Positions 9,327 through 18,506 of a DNA stretch of 64,000 nucleotides are shown here, in pieces. The notes below the pieces were generated by a model, which was given only the letters and a program-made list of their open reading frames with translations, was not told the origin of the DNA and ran no database searches. A program made the translations under genes and the position numbers. Numbering within the stretch: position 1 is the stretch's first letter; every line of letters begins with the position of its first letter. This stretch comes from Dehalococcoidia bacterium (GTDB lineage: Bacteria; Chloroflexota; Dehalococcoidia; Lucifugimonadales; Australimonadaceae): positions 462 through 64,461 of the forward strand of contig DAOUJX010000006.1 in assembly GCA_034422075.1 (NCBI GenBank), in the 5' to 3' direction.

Positions 9327-10718
9327 GTGACGTCACTGCTATCGACCCGGCCTCGCAAGCGGCTACTGTTGGCGCTGCGCGCCGTGGTCGCCACAACTTT
9401 GCTCATTGCCGGGCTAACAGGCCTCGTGCGCGGCCAGTCGAGCGGCGGCGAAGCTGTCCTCATTCACCTGGACGATGCCGTCAACCCGACGACTGCCTCC
9501 TTTCTGGCCGGTGCGCTAGAAGAAGCGGTAGAGAACGGTGCGGTCGTAGCCATCGTGCGCATCGACACGCCGGGCGGGCGCGTTGATGCGATGCGAGATA
9601 TGGTCACCAGCCTGCTCGACGCCCAATTGCCGACTGTCGCCTATATCTCGCCTGCGGGAGCACGCGCGGCATCGGCGGGAACGTTTGTCACGGCGGCGGC
9701 GCACGTTGCGGCGATGGCGCCGGGCACCAACATAGGCGCCGCCTCACCCGTTGACACAACGGGCGAGGATCTGCCGGAGACGCTCGAGGGCAAGACGACG
9801 GAGGATCTGGCGGCGTTCATTCGCGAGGTCGCCGCCCTGCGAGGGCGCAACGCCGGCGCGCTAGAGGAAGCAGTACGCGAGGCCAAAGCCTACGGCGCTT
9901 CCGAAGCCGCCGAGCTAGGCGTCGTCGACCTAGTAGCAGTGGACGTGCCCGACCTATTGCGCCAGATTGACGGGCGCGCCTTCACCGTCAAAGCGGCTGA
10001 CGGCAGCGAGACGACGGTGACATTGCTGACAACAGGCCTAACGGTGACGGAGGTGCGCCCCACGCTGCTTAGCCGGATGCAGTCATTCCTTGCCGACCCC
10101 AGCATTGCCTACCTGTTACTCTCGCTCGGGTGGGTGCTGCTATGGGTGGAGGCGATAAGCGGCTTCTCCACTATCGTCGCTGGGCTGACGGGCGCTCTGC
10201 TGATGGGATTGGGCTTCGTGGGGCTGGTCAACCTGCCGTCGCAGTGGCTGGGCGCAGCGCTCATCGCGGCTGGAGTACTGCTGACCATCGGCGAGCTCAA
10301 CGTGGATGGATTCGGCGTGCTGGGGGGCGCGGCGATCATTGCCTTCATCGCCGGCTCCGTCGTCCTTCTGCTCCACTTCGGGACGCCGACGCCCGTGTGG
10401 AGTGGGCAGACGATCAACCTCGCCCTGTTTGTCCCGATCGTGAGCATTGTCACCGTAGGCGGCGGGCTAATGGTCTACAACATCGTCACCGCCCGGCGGC
10501 GCAAGTATCCTGTCGTTGCGCGGCGTATGCTTGTTGGAGCAACCGGGCGCACCAAGACGGCCTTATCGCCGGAAGGCGGCGTGTTCGTTCACGGGGAGGA
10601 CTGGCGCGGCAGGCTGGTAGGCGGTGGGCGCATCGAACGCGGGACTGAGGTCCGCATCGTCGGGGTGGACGGAGCCACGCTCCTCGTCACCCCTGCAGCA
10701 GAAGGGACTGGAACGTAG
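9327..10718 (+). CDS. nfeD: NfeD-family membrane-bound ClpP-class serine protease
   Basis: DTPGG, ARAASAG, AMAPGTNIGAASPV, TM region, C-terminal OB fold (VHGEDWRG); upstream of stomatin gene. Confidence 0.92.
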   Translation: MTSLLSTRPRKRLLLALRAVVATTLLIAGLTGLVRGQSSGGEAVLIHLDDAVNPTTASFLAGALEEAVENGAVVAIVRIDTPGGRVDAMRDMVTSLLDAQLPTVAYISPAGARAASAGTFVTAAAHVAAMAPGTNIGAASPVDTTGEDLPETLEGKTTEDLAAFIREVAALRGRNAGALEEAVREAKAYGASEAAELGVVDLVAVDVPDLLRQIDGRAFTVKAADGSETTVTLLTTGLTVTEVRPTLLSRMQSFLADPSIAYLLLSLGWVLLWVEAISGFSTIVAGLTGALLMGLGFVGLVNLPSQWLGAALIAAGVLLTIGELNVDGFGVLGGAAIIAFIAGSVVLLLHFGTPTPVWSGQTINLALFVPIVSIVTVGGGLMVYNIVTARRRKYPVVARRMLVGATGRTKTALSPEGGVFVHGEDWRGRLVGGGRIERGTEVRIVGVDGATLLVTPAAEGTGT

Positions 10719-10754
10719 CGAGAGAAGAGAGCGAGACGTTAAGGAGGATCTCAA

Positions 10755-11624
10755 ATGGTCTGGGGAGTAAACGTCATAAAGCAGTACGAGCGCATGATCG
10801 TGTTCACGTTCGGGCAGTACTCGGGGGTCCGCGGCCCGGGACTCCGCTGGCTATGGCCGTTCGTCAACAACGGCTCGTCGCGGGCGGACTTGCGCGAGGT
10901 GCCGATCCCGATTCCGCGTCAGACGAGCATTACGCGCGACAACGCACCCATCGACATCGACTTCTTCGTCTACATGCGCGTGCTGGAGGACAGGCCGGAG
11001 GATACGGTACTGCAGGTGAGCAACTTCGAGGCCGCAGCACAGGCGCTCGCCATGACCAGCCTGCGCGCTGTCATCGGCGAGATGGAAATCGACGAGGTGC
11101 TCTCCAAGCGCGAGGAGATCAACTCGCGTCTGCAGGTGAAGCTGGACGAGGTAACAGTGAACTGGGGCGTGAAGGTCACGCGCGTGGAGATACGCGAGGT
11201 CGAGCCGCCACGCGACGTGCAGGACGCGATGAACCGCCAGCTGTCGGCGGAACGCACACGGCGCGCAGCCGTCACTGAAGCGGAGGGCGAGCGCGACGCG
11301 GAGGTGAATCGTGCCGACGGCGAGAAGCGCGGCGCGATCTTGCGCGCGGAAGGCGCGCGCGAGTCGGCCATCCTTACTGCAGAGGGCGACCGTCAGGCAA
11401 CAATACTGCGCGCGGAAGGGTTCGCGCAGGCGCTCGAGCGCATCAACGCTGCCGCGAGCCAGGCCGACACGCGCACGATGAGCCTCCAGTACATGGAGAC
11501 GATGAAGGACATCGGCGCAAGTCCGTCGACCAAGTACATCTTCCCAATGGAGTTCACGAACCTGCTTGACCCCATCACCCGAATGACGCGCGGCGAGCGC
11601 CCTGACGGAGGGGAAGGAAACTAG
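10755..11624 (+). CDS. SPFH/band 7 (stomatin/QmcA-like) protein
   Basis: TSLRAVIGEMEIDEVLSKREEIN, WGVKVTRVEIREVEPP, coiled-coil AEG repeats; canonical nfeD-stomatin pair. Confidence 0.95.
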   Translation: MVWGVNVIKQYERMIVFTFGQYSGVRGPGLRWLWPFVNNGSSRADLREVPIPIPRQTSITRDNAPIDIDFFVYMRVLEDRPEDTVLQVSNFEAAAQALAMTSLRAVIGEMEIDEVLSKREEINSRLQVKLDEVTVNWGVKVTRVEIREVEPPRDVQDAMNRQLSAERTRRAAVTEAEGERDAEVNRADGEKRGAILRAEGARESAILTAEGDRQATILRAEGFAQALERINAAASQADTRTMSLQYMETMKDIGASPSTKYIFPMEFTNLLDPITRMTRGERPDGGEGN

Positions 11625-11631
11625 CCGAGGG

Positions 11632-12780
11632 CTAGTTCTCGACGGCGTTCAAATGCCGCTCGTACGCAAATATGCGCGCGCGGGCATGACCGGTGATTTC
11701 GCGGGCGATGCCGTGCTGCTCCAGCACCATCATCGCCGATGAAACGGCGGGGAAGGAGAGCCCCGTTCGGTTGCTCGCCTCGGTGATCGAGAGAATCGGG
11801 CACTCCTTCAGCGCCTCGTGCAGCCGAAGGGCGGATGCCGCACGGCGTCCGGCGTCGCGCTCGATGGCCGCGCCGTCATTCGCGAACACCTCTGACAGCC
11901 GCCGCGACGCCTCCGTTGCGTGCTCAGCCGTCTCACGCACGCCATCGACGAAGTAGGCCAGCCATGCCTCCCAATCGCCCGAACCCTGCGCCGCATTCAG
12001 CAGGTCGTAGTAGTCGCCGCGGCGGCGCAGGAAGTGGCGGCTCAGATAGAGCAGCGGTTGGCGCAGCACTCCCGCCTGGCACAGCACGAGCGTGACGAGC
12101 AGCCGCCCGATGCGGCCGTTGCCTTCCACGAAGGGGTGGATGGCCTCGAATTGAGCGTGAGCTAACCCTGCGCGCACTAGCACCGGCAAGCCCCAGCTGC
12201 GAGCGCTTAAGAAGGACTCCAACGCCCCCATGCAGTCGGGGACGGCAGCGGGCGGCGTCGGGACGTGGCGGGCGGTGGCAGGGTTCGGCCCGCCACCCCG
12301 CACCTGTACTCGCCGGAACTCACCGGGTGAACACTGCGCGTTCCTGTCGTGCGCGAATAGGACCGCATGCATCTCGCGCAGCAGCCGGTTCGACAGCGGA
12401 ATCCCCTCCTCCAGGCGGGATAGTCCGTGTTGCAAGGCGGCTACGCAACCGGCGGCCTCAGCTGCAGCGAGCGGCGCCGCCGGCGTCCCGTCCACCTCGT
12501 AGAGCAGCAGGTCAGACAGCGACGCTTCGACCCCCTCGATCTGCGAGGATAGTACGGCCTCCTTGCGGACGCAGGTATCAACGAAGACGCCCGGATCCGG
12601 CAACTGCATTGCGGCGCCGTCGAGCCTGCCGATAGCGAGCGTCGCGTCCTCGAGCGCCTGTTGCAGCGGCCCATCAAGCGCGATCGGCGGCGACGGCGGC
12701 AGCGCATCCGGGACGAAGGCGCGCACCTCCTCGCCCCCCACTCTTGCCGTCTCGTATCGCCCTACTGTCTCACGCCGCAC
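11632..12780 (-). CDS. Fic-family protein (class II) with C-terminal winged HTH
   Basis: Catalytic HPFVEGNGRIGR, N-terminal inhibitory motif SSQIEG; start GTG 12780 preferred (ORF track 12822). Confidence 0.93.
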   Translation of the reverse strand: MRRETVGRYETARVGGEEVRAFVPDALPPSPPIALDGPLQQALEDATLAIGRLDGAAMQLPDPGVFVDTCVRKEAVLSSQIEGVEASLSDLLLYEVDGTPAAPLAAAEAAGCVAALQHGLSRLEEGIPLSNRLLREMHAVLFAHDRNAQCSPGEFRRVQVRGGGPNPATARHVPTPPAAVPDCMGALESFLSARSWGLPVLVRAGLAHAQFEAIHPFVEGNGRIGRLLVTLVLCQAGVLRQPLLYLSRHFLRRRGDYYDLLNAAQGSGDWEAWLAYFVDGVRETAEHATEASRRLSEVFANDGAAIERDAGRRAASALRLHEALKECPILSITEASNRTGLSFPAVSSAMMVLEQHGIAREITGHARARIFAYERHLNAVEN

Positions 12781-12822
12781 CGACGCTACCCCATTACAAG
12801 AAGTCGAATACCGCGCGCCCAA

Positions 12823-12847
12823 TTAAACGTTAGCGGGGAACGTTTAA
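12823..12847. promoter_or_regulatory. Operator-like inverted repeat upstream of fic
   Basis: ttaaacgtt-N7-aacgtttaa perfect 9-bp inverted repeat. Confidence 0.45.
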
Positions 12848-12891
12848 CAACGGAGTTGGATCGCGGGAGTGGCGGGGATGCGTAGGAAGTC

Positions 12892-13446
12892 TTAGAGCAC
12901 TTCTTCCAGCAGATCTATGAACTTCTCCTTGTTGAGCAGGCCGGAGAAGCTGCGGTGGACGGCGCCGTCCGGGGTCAGGAAGATGGTGGTGGGCATGCCA
13001 AGAACTTCGAAATCACGGACAACCATCTCCTCGAACGTGGTGCCCGAGGGGTAGGTGATGCCCAGCTCGTCAAGCAGTGCCTGGCCGTCCTCACGCGTGC
13101 CCAGCAGCATGAAGGGGCCGATGTCTATACCAACGAGCAGGAAGTCGTCCGCACGCTCGTCATAGACCTCTTGGAAGTGCGGCATCTCGGCGCGGCAGGG
13201 GGGGCACAAGCCTGCCCAGAAGTTGAGGACGATCGGCTTGTCCGTGCGCTCAATCAACCGATGGAGGCTTACCTCCTCGCCACCAAAGACGTCCTGATTG
13301 TTGTAGGCGACGATGGTCACGTCGGGGACGCTAATCTCAGCATCGCTGCTGCCATTGCCGCCACCACAGGCGGAGCCAGCCCCAACGGTCGCCAGCGCGA
13401 GCACCAGCAGGGCGGCGCGGGCGCCTCTACGAAGACGCGGGGTCAT
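12892..13446 (-). CDS. TlpA/ResA-like thiol-disulfide oxidoreductase, probable lipoprotein
   Basis: VLNFWAGLCPPCRAEMP, GMPTTIFL (cis-Pro), N-terminal signal with AGSAC lipobox-like site. Confidence 0.9.
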   Translation of the reverse strand: MTPRLRRGARAALLVLALATVGAGSACGGGNGSSDAEISVPDVTIVAYNNQDVFGGEEVSLHRLIERTDKPIVLNFWAGLCPPCRAEMPHFQEVYDERADDFLLVGIDIGPFMLLGTREDGQALLDELGITYPSGTTFEEMVVRDFEVLGMPTTIFLTPDGAVHRSFSGLLNKEKFIDLLEEVL

Positions 13447-14570
13447 GCCCCGTCCTCCGGCGCGTGCAGTTCAGTGTCAGGGTAGAAATCGCTCCATGCA
13501 AACCAGAAGGAGACGAAGGAGCGGAGCTGCTGCAAGCGTTCACCCTTGAGCGGACCCGCGCTAGCCGAGCCGCTGAGGAGCGACCACGTTGAGCCGGTTT
13601 CGACGTCGCGCATAGCCTGTTGGTCAGGCTCGAATGTCAGGACACGTCCATCGGCGGGTGTGCGGCTGTAGACCGCGCTCGCAGCGGAATTGGGGTCGAA
13701 CACGACGACGATGGGCTGATCGCTGTAGGTGTCGTTGACGACGGGAGCAGATAGGAGTGAGCTGAAGTCGTAGGCGCGGGCGGTCTCGCCCCAATCGAGG
13801 CCGACAACGAGCTCTTTCGGCGGCAGGCGGTCGTCGGGATTGGTCTCGCCCTGTATGCCCGCTGAGTTGCGCAGGTAGTAGTCGTAGTACGGGTCGATTC
13901 GCGGCCCGCCGGAGAGGGAGCGATCGAGCAGCAGCGTGTCGGGGTGCTCCATCGACCAGCGCTCCCACGTCGTCAGTTGCGCAGGCAGCAGTTCCAGCTC
14001 CGTACCGGTTAGCGGCCCCTCGACCGCTTCGGTGAGGAACTGGCTCCAGAGCGTGTCGGTCTGATGATCGTAGAGCACCACGGCGTTCATGATCAGTTTA
14101 CCGGATACGCCGAAGGTGAGTTCCTTTCCCTCTATCTCGCGGGCAAAGACCATGCCCGTAAAGCAGAGCGGTCACCATGTCACCACGATGGGTCTGCCGC
14201 CGACAGTGTCGTTGACGACCTCGTGGGAAGAGAGCTGCGAGGTGGAGTAGGCGCGGTGGTCGCCGTCGATGGAGACGCCGATGACGAGGTCTTGCGGCAC
14301 CATTTGAGCGTCAGCCTCCGCGCCGCTGACGAATATGGGATTGAGGATGGCGGGAATGGCATCCTTGGGCAGCACCGTCCTGATGTCGAGCGAGCGGGCG
14401 GGCGTTGGCGTTGGCAGCGGCGCAATCGTGGGAGTCACCGTTGCAGGCGGCGTGGGCGTGGGCTCATCGCCGCCGTCGGACGTGGTGCAAGAGACGGCGG
14501 ATAGTAGGGCAATCGCACCGAACGCTACGGCGGCAGGGAGACCGCCGCGAGGCGGTGCTAGACGGCGCAC
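13443..14570 (-). CDS. DUF3179-family selenoprotein (UxxC), probable lipoprotein; one gene split by the ORF finder at an in-frame TGA
   Basis: ORFs 14172..14570 and 13443..14153 are in the same frame; read-through gives GRPIVVTW-U-PLCFTGMVFAR, matching the DUF3179 TxCPLC motif; SGKLIMNAVVLYDHQTDTLWSQ, FWFAW. Confidence 0.9.
14140..14158 (-). promoter_or_regulatory. Bacterial SECIS hairpin
   Basis: 13 nt after the TGA: CGGGCA-UGGUCUU-UGCCCG (6-bp stem, GGUCU in loop, resembling the E. coli fdhF SECIS apex GCAGGUCUGC). Confidence 0.8.
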
Positions 14571-16333
14571 TCGCCCTCGCCGCGCTCCAGCTTGTAAAGC
14601 ACCGTCTTGCCCCAGTCCATGTAGAAGTCGAGCGTGTCCTTGGAGAGCGGACCTATCTCCTTGAACTCGGCGAGTATGGCCTCGAATGCGTCGAGCCCCA
14701 CACGCTGGACGAAGTCGTTGAACTCCTCGCCCTGCGTGCGCTGGTCCTGGTAGTAGTCGAGCACCCGGCGCACGGCGGAAGGGACGTGCTTAGAGGGCAC
14801 CTTGACCTTGACGCGGTTGCCGTAGGCCAGCTGCCCTTCGTCATAGTGGCCGCCCAGGTAGACCTCGAACGCCGGTATCTGGTTGCCATCCGGCCCCTTG
14901 ATCGATGCGCCCTGAAAGCCGATGTGCGCCAGGTGATGGCGTCCGCAACCGTTGGGACACCCCGACGCCTTTATGTGTAGCTTCTTGACGAGCGGATCCT
15001 CCAGCAAGCCGTTCCAGCCGGCCATCGCGTCGGTGATCGCGCGATTGAGGCCCATCGACGACGTGATGCCCAGCTTGCACGAGTCGGTGCCCGGGCAAGC
15101 GGTCACATCGCTAATCGTGTGGACCTCTGCATCACCGAGGCCGATCCGCTCAAGCCCCTGCCAGACATCGTGAAGCTTGCCATCGGGCACCCAGCGCAGC
15201 GCGATGTTTTGCTCGGCGCCGAGAGCGATGGTGGAGGAGCCGTGCTCGCGAGCGAGTGCACCTAGCGCGTGGAACTGCTCGGGTGAGAGGTCGCCACGGG
15301 GCACCTTAGCGTAGACGACGTTGTAGCCTTGCTGCGTTTGGGCGAAGACGTTCGTCTGCTTCCAGAGCATATACGCCTTGACGTCACTGCCCGCGGCCGC
15401 GTCAGGGGCAAGAGACGGCGGCTCTTCCTGCGCGAAGGCCATGAGGGGTATCGGGTCGAAGTCGCCCTTGAGCGCCCACTCCTTCCCCAGCTCTTCTTCA
15501 ACGAGGGCGCGCACGGCGTCGATGCCCTTGCGGTGGATGAGCACCTTTATGCGCGCCATCATCTTGTTCTGGCGCAGCTCGTCGGCCTGGTTGAAGACGC
15601 GCAGCGCCGCCTCCGAGACGCGCAGGTAGTCATCGACAGGGACAAATTCGTAGAGCGTCGCGGCCTCCTTGGCCATGATGGAGGTGCCGCCGCCGATGAC
15701 CATCTTGAAGCCCTTGACGCCGTCGCGAACGCGCGCGACGAACCCAAGGTCGTGCATCCCAACGAGCGCCGGGTCGTGCTCGCCCGACGAGAAGGCCGTC
15801 TTGAACTTGCGCGGCATCGACTGCGTAACTGGATGGCGAACGAAGCGGCGCACAAAGGCGACGAGGTAAGGGGTGATGTCGAAGACCTGCTGAGGGTCGA
15901 CGCCGATCATGGGGTCGGCGATGACGTTGCGGACGGTGTTGCCGCACGCCTCGCGCGTACTCAGGCCCGCCTCGCCGAGCACGCGCATGACGGATGCAGC
16001 ATCTTCCAGCTTGATGTGGTGCAACTGGATGTTCTCACGAGTGGTGATATGCCCCCTCTTGAGTGGGGCGTAGCGCTCGACGACGTCGGCCATCGCGTCT
16101 AGCTGATCGGCAGTGCCGAGTCCGCCGGGAAACTTGATGCGCATCATCTGAGCGTCAGGCTGGCGCTGTCCGTAGACGCCGCGTCGCAGCCGCCACGGCT
16201 GGAACGTTGTTTCGTCAATGGCTCCCGATCGCAGGCGGGCGAGTTCCGCCTCAAACTCGTCGGGCTCGACCGCGAGGTAGGGGATGACACCCTTGGTGTT
16301 ATCCATCAGACCGGGTTGAGAGGGGGTGGCCAT
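14558..16333 (-). CDS. Siroheme/[4Fe-4S] sulfite (or nitrite) reductase, ferredoxin-type hemoprotein
   Basis: HITTRENIQ, ACGNTVRNV, PRKFK, CPGTDSC (Cx5C) and SGCPNGCG (Cx3C) ligands, C-terminal GEGECAV; start ATG 16333 preferred. Confidence 0.92.
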   Translation of the reverse strand: MATPSQPGLMDNTKGVIPYLAVEPDEFEAELARLRSGAIDETTFQPWRLRRGVYGQRQPDAQMMRIKFPGGLGTADQLDAMADVVERYAPLKRGHITTRENIQLHHIKLEDAASVMRVLGEAGLSTREACGNTVRNVIADPMIGVDPQQVFDITPYLVAFVRRFVRHPVTQSMPRKFKTAFSSGEHDPALVGMHDLGFVARVRDGVKGFKMVIGGGTSIMAKEAATLYEFVPVDDYLRVSEAALRVFNQADELRQNKMMARIKVLIHRKGIDAVRALVEEELGKEWALKGDFDPIPLMAFAQEEPPSLAPDAAAGSDVKAYMLWKQTNVFAQTQQGYNVVYAKVPRGDLSPEQFHALGALAREHGSSTIALGAEQNIALRWVPDGKLHDVWQGLERIGLGDAEVHTISDVTACPGTDSCKLGITSSMGLNRAITDAMAGWNGLLEDPLVKKLHIKASGCPNGCGRHHLAHIGFQGASIKGPDGNQIPAFEVYLGGHYDEGQLAYGNRVKVKVPSKHVPSAVRRVLDYYQDQRTQGEEFNDFVQRVGLDAFEAILAEFKEIGPLSKDTLDFYMDWGKTVLYKLERGEGECAV

Positions 16334-16392
16334 AAGGGCTCCTTGCCGTTGCACTGACGCTGGCTTCACCAACTAGCACGGGCTCTGATATC

Positions 16393-16427
16393 AAAAGCGC
16401 CCCGTGAGCGAGAGCGTCACAGGGCGC
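16393..16427 (-). terminator. Intrinsic terminator / attenuator in the reductase leader
   Basis: GCGCCCTGTGA-cgctctcgc-TCACGGGGCGC-TTTTG on the minus strand, 60 nt upstream of the reductase ATG. Confidence 0.7.
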
Positions 16428-16453
16428 AGCACCGCCGCGGGGCGGTTCCGGCC

Positions 16454-16510
16454 CTAGTGCATCGTGGGACAGCAGCGCTTGTCCATGCGCTTACAGTAGC
16501 AGTCGTGCAT
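16454..16510 (-). CDS. Cys-rich leader peptide MHDCYCKRMDKRCCPTMH (18 aa)
   Basis: ATG 16510 to TAG 16454; 4 Cys codons including tandem TGC-TGT; stop lies 26 nt before the terminator hairpin. Confidence 0.65.
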   Translation of the reverse strand: MHDCYCKRMDKRCCPTMH

Positions 16511-16655
16511 CCCGCCCGTCAACGACACAACACCTGCCCAAAATAGGAATGCGAAAGCCATAGGGGCTGTTCTACGGGGTTCCTATACTCGTGTGTGGGC
16601 AACTCCGGCACTGCACGGAGTATTTCCGCGTCAACGAATGCAAGGGAGGCCGCTC

Positions 16656-17060
16656 ATGTCGATCGCTATACGTCTCCTATCCATCTACCTCAGTCTCGTG
16701 GGGCTCGCGGTGGCAGTACATTTCATCGCCGTCGCCTGGTACCACCCTGGTGGGGATGAGTCGTATCCCATCTGGGAGATTCTGGACTACTTCATGGCTA
16801 TTGCCTTGCTCATCAGCATCGTCAGCGCGTTCGTTCACAAGCAGCGCTACGACCGCGGCGAGGGTGCAGACCTCCCGGGATTCACAAGCGTCAACGCCAT
16901 CTTCTACGGCACGCTTGCCGTGGCGATCCTCTTCTTCTGGAACTGGTCCCACTTGCTGCGGGAGACTGGAGACGCCGACTGGCTGGTCTGGAACTTCCTG
17001 GACGTTGGAATACCGCTGGCACTGGCCGCAGCCGGCAGGCAGCTGTGGCGTTCCGCCTGA
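16656..17060 (+). CDS. Hypothetical 4-TM membrane protein, paralog 1 of tandem array
   Basis: GGGAGG RBS before ATG 16656; four hydrophobic segments; shares motifs with next ORF. Confidence 0.8.
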   Translation: MSIAIRLLSIYLSLVGLAVAVHFIAVAWYHPGGDESYPIWEILDYFMAIALLISIVSAFVHKQRYDRGEGADLPGFTSVNAIFYGTLAVAILFFWNWSHLLRETGDADWLVWNFLDVGIPLALAAAGRQLWRSA

Positions 17061-17118
17061 AAGCGACCGGTGGACTGAAGGCCTAACGCCGAGCCTCGGA
17101 CATTAGGAGATAACAACC

Positions 17119-17544
17119 ATGGCCATACTGCTGAGATTGCTCTCCGTCTACACGGTGCTGGTGGCGCTGCTAGTGGCCATCAAATTCATCTTCGGCGTCG
17201 ATCAGCCTGAATGGTCGGTTATCAACTGGCTCATGGCTGCCGGGGTCATCATCGCGGTAGGTGGCGCGCTTTACTGCAAGAATCAAATGGAAGCAGACGA
17301 GGGCGCAGGGAATGACGCACGGCGCTTTCTCGACGTAAACGTTCCCTTCTATGCCTCCATGGCTCTCCTGATCGCCTTTGCATTCCAGTGGTCGGCTGAG
17401 CTAAACGACCACGTGCAGCAGACGGTGGTGGCAAACGGCGAGGAGATGTCCATCGGCAGCCTCTGGGCGTACATCGACACGCTCTACATCGTGCTCACCG
17501 GCATGATTGGCGTGCGCATCTGGAGAGCCGCAGGCAAGGTGTAG
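17119..17544 (+). CDS. Hypothetical 4-TM membrane protein, paralog 2
   Basis: AGGAG RBS; LLRLLSVY, W.VINWLMA, VNVPFY, LWAYIDT motifs shared with paralog 1. Confidence 0.8.
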   Translation: MAILLRLLSVYTVLVALLVAIKFIFGVDQPEWSVINWLMAAGVIIAVGGALYCKNQMEADEGAGNDARRFLDVNVPFYASMALLIAFAFQWSAELNDHVQQTVVANGEEMSIGSLWAYIDTLYIVLTGMIGVRIWRAAGKV

Positions 17545-17633
17545 GAAGCAAAGCGCCAGCGAGCAGCAACAGGGCGTCACGAGCGGAGCCGCCTAATACG
17601 ACGGTGGCCCTAGAGAACGCCCACGGCTGGAGC

Positions 17634-18040
17634 ATGCCTACTCACCTTCTCCTTGGCGTTGACAGGCCTCGCAGTCGCAGCGTACTTCATCGTCGTTTCG
17701 AGGCAGTACTCTGGAACCGACCAACCGTACCCCGTCGAGCCATCTCCCGCGTGGGAACTGCTGCACTGGCTAATGGCGATCGCCATCATCATCGCCCTGC
17801 GCAGCGCTCTTGCTCAGGGGAGCGGCGGCTCGGCTCAGGCAGCAGCGAGCCTAAGCAGGGCACCTCCGTCACCGCCTTTTCTTGCTCTGTGCTCGCGGTT
17901 GGCTCGGTGCTCTTCTGGAGCTGGCCCGCCCTGCTACGAGGAGGAGAACAGGACCTGCTGGTGTGGGGCACCATCAACATGACGCTTCCTATCATCGTTG
18001 CCGCCGCCATATGGCTGTGGGGGCAAGGCATCGCGGAACA
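17634..18040 (+). pseudogene. Frameshifted paralog 3 of the 4-TM family
   Basis: LTGLAVAAYFIVV...WELLHWLMAIAIII in one frame, then VLAVGSVLFWSWPALLR...LLVWG...AAAIWLW in another; both align to paralog 1. Confidence 0.7.
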
Positions 18041-18118
18041 CGGTAGGTCATGTCCGTTTCCGCATGCCGAGGTGCACCATTCATACAAGCACCGATAGGG
18101 CCCCTCGCCGCCTACAAC

Positions 18119-18496
18119 ATGCTGGTAGCTCCTGGCGTAGCGGTGAAGTCGGTATTCGACGCGCCCAACCGGACTGTGGACTCTTGAGGTGGCCAATGGC
18201 TCCAGCAGTCGTCATCTCGCTGGCCACCGCCTACTCTGACAAGCGGTGCTACGACGCCGAAAGCCAGGCCGGAGCAGGCACGGCACGCTTCCTTAGCGTG
18301 AACGTGCCTTTCAATACAGCGGCAGTCCCGCCAATCTGCTACGGCTTCCGGTGATCGGCATACCTGAACAACCTGTCATGGGGGGCGGCCTGGCCTCTCC
18401 AACACCGGCTCACTCTGGATATGCGTCGACACGGTTGTCATCATCGTTGCCGAGATGACGGGCCCACGGCTATGGATCGCTGCACGCAAGATGTAG
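18119..18496 (+). pseudogene. Degraded paralog 4 of the 4-TM family
   Basis: RFLSVNVPFN vs paralog 2 RFLDVNVPFY; GSLWICVDTVVIIVAEMTGPRLWIAARKM* vs GSLWAYIDTLYIVLTGMIGVRIWRAAGKV*; internal TGA at 18352-18354 and frame change. Confidence 0.7.
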
Positions 18497-18506
18497 CACG
18501 GGTACA

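Noticed and set aside
12892-13446. Second selenoprotein in TlpA
   Set aside because: Active site is an ordinary CPPC with no in-frame TGA.
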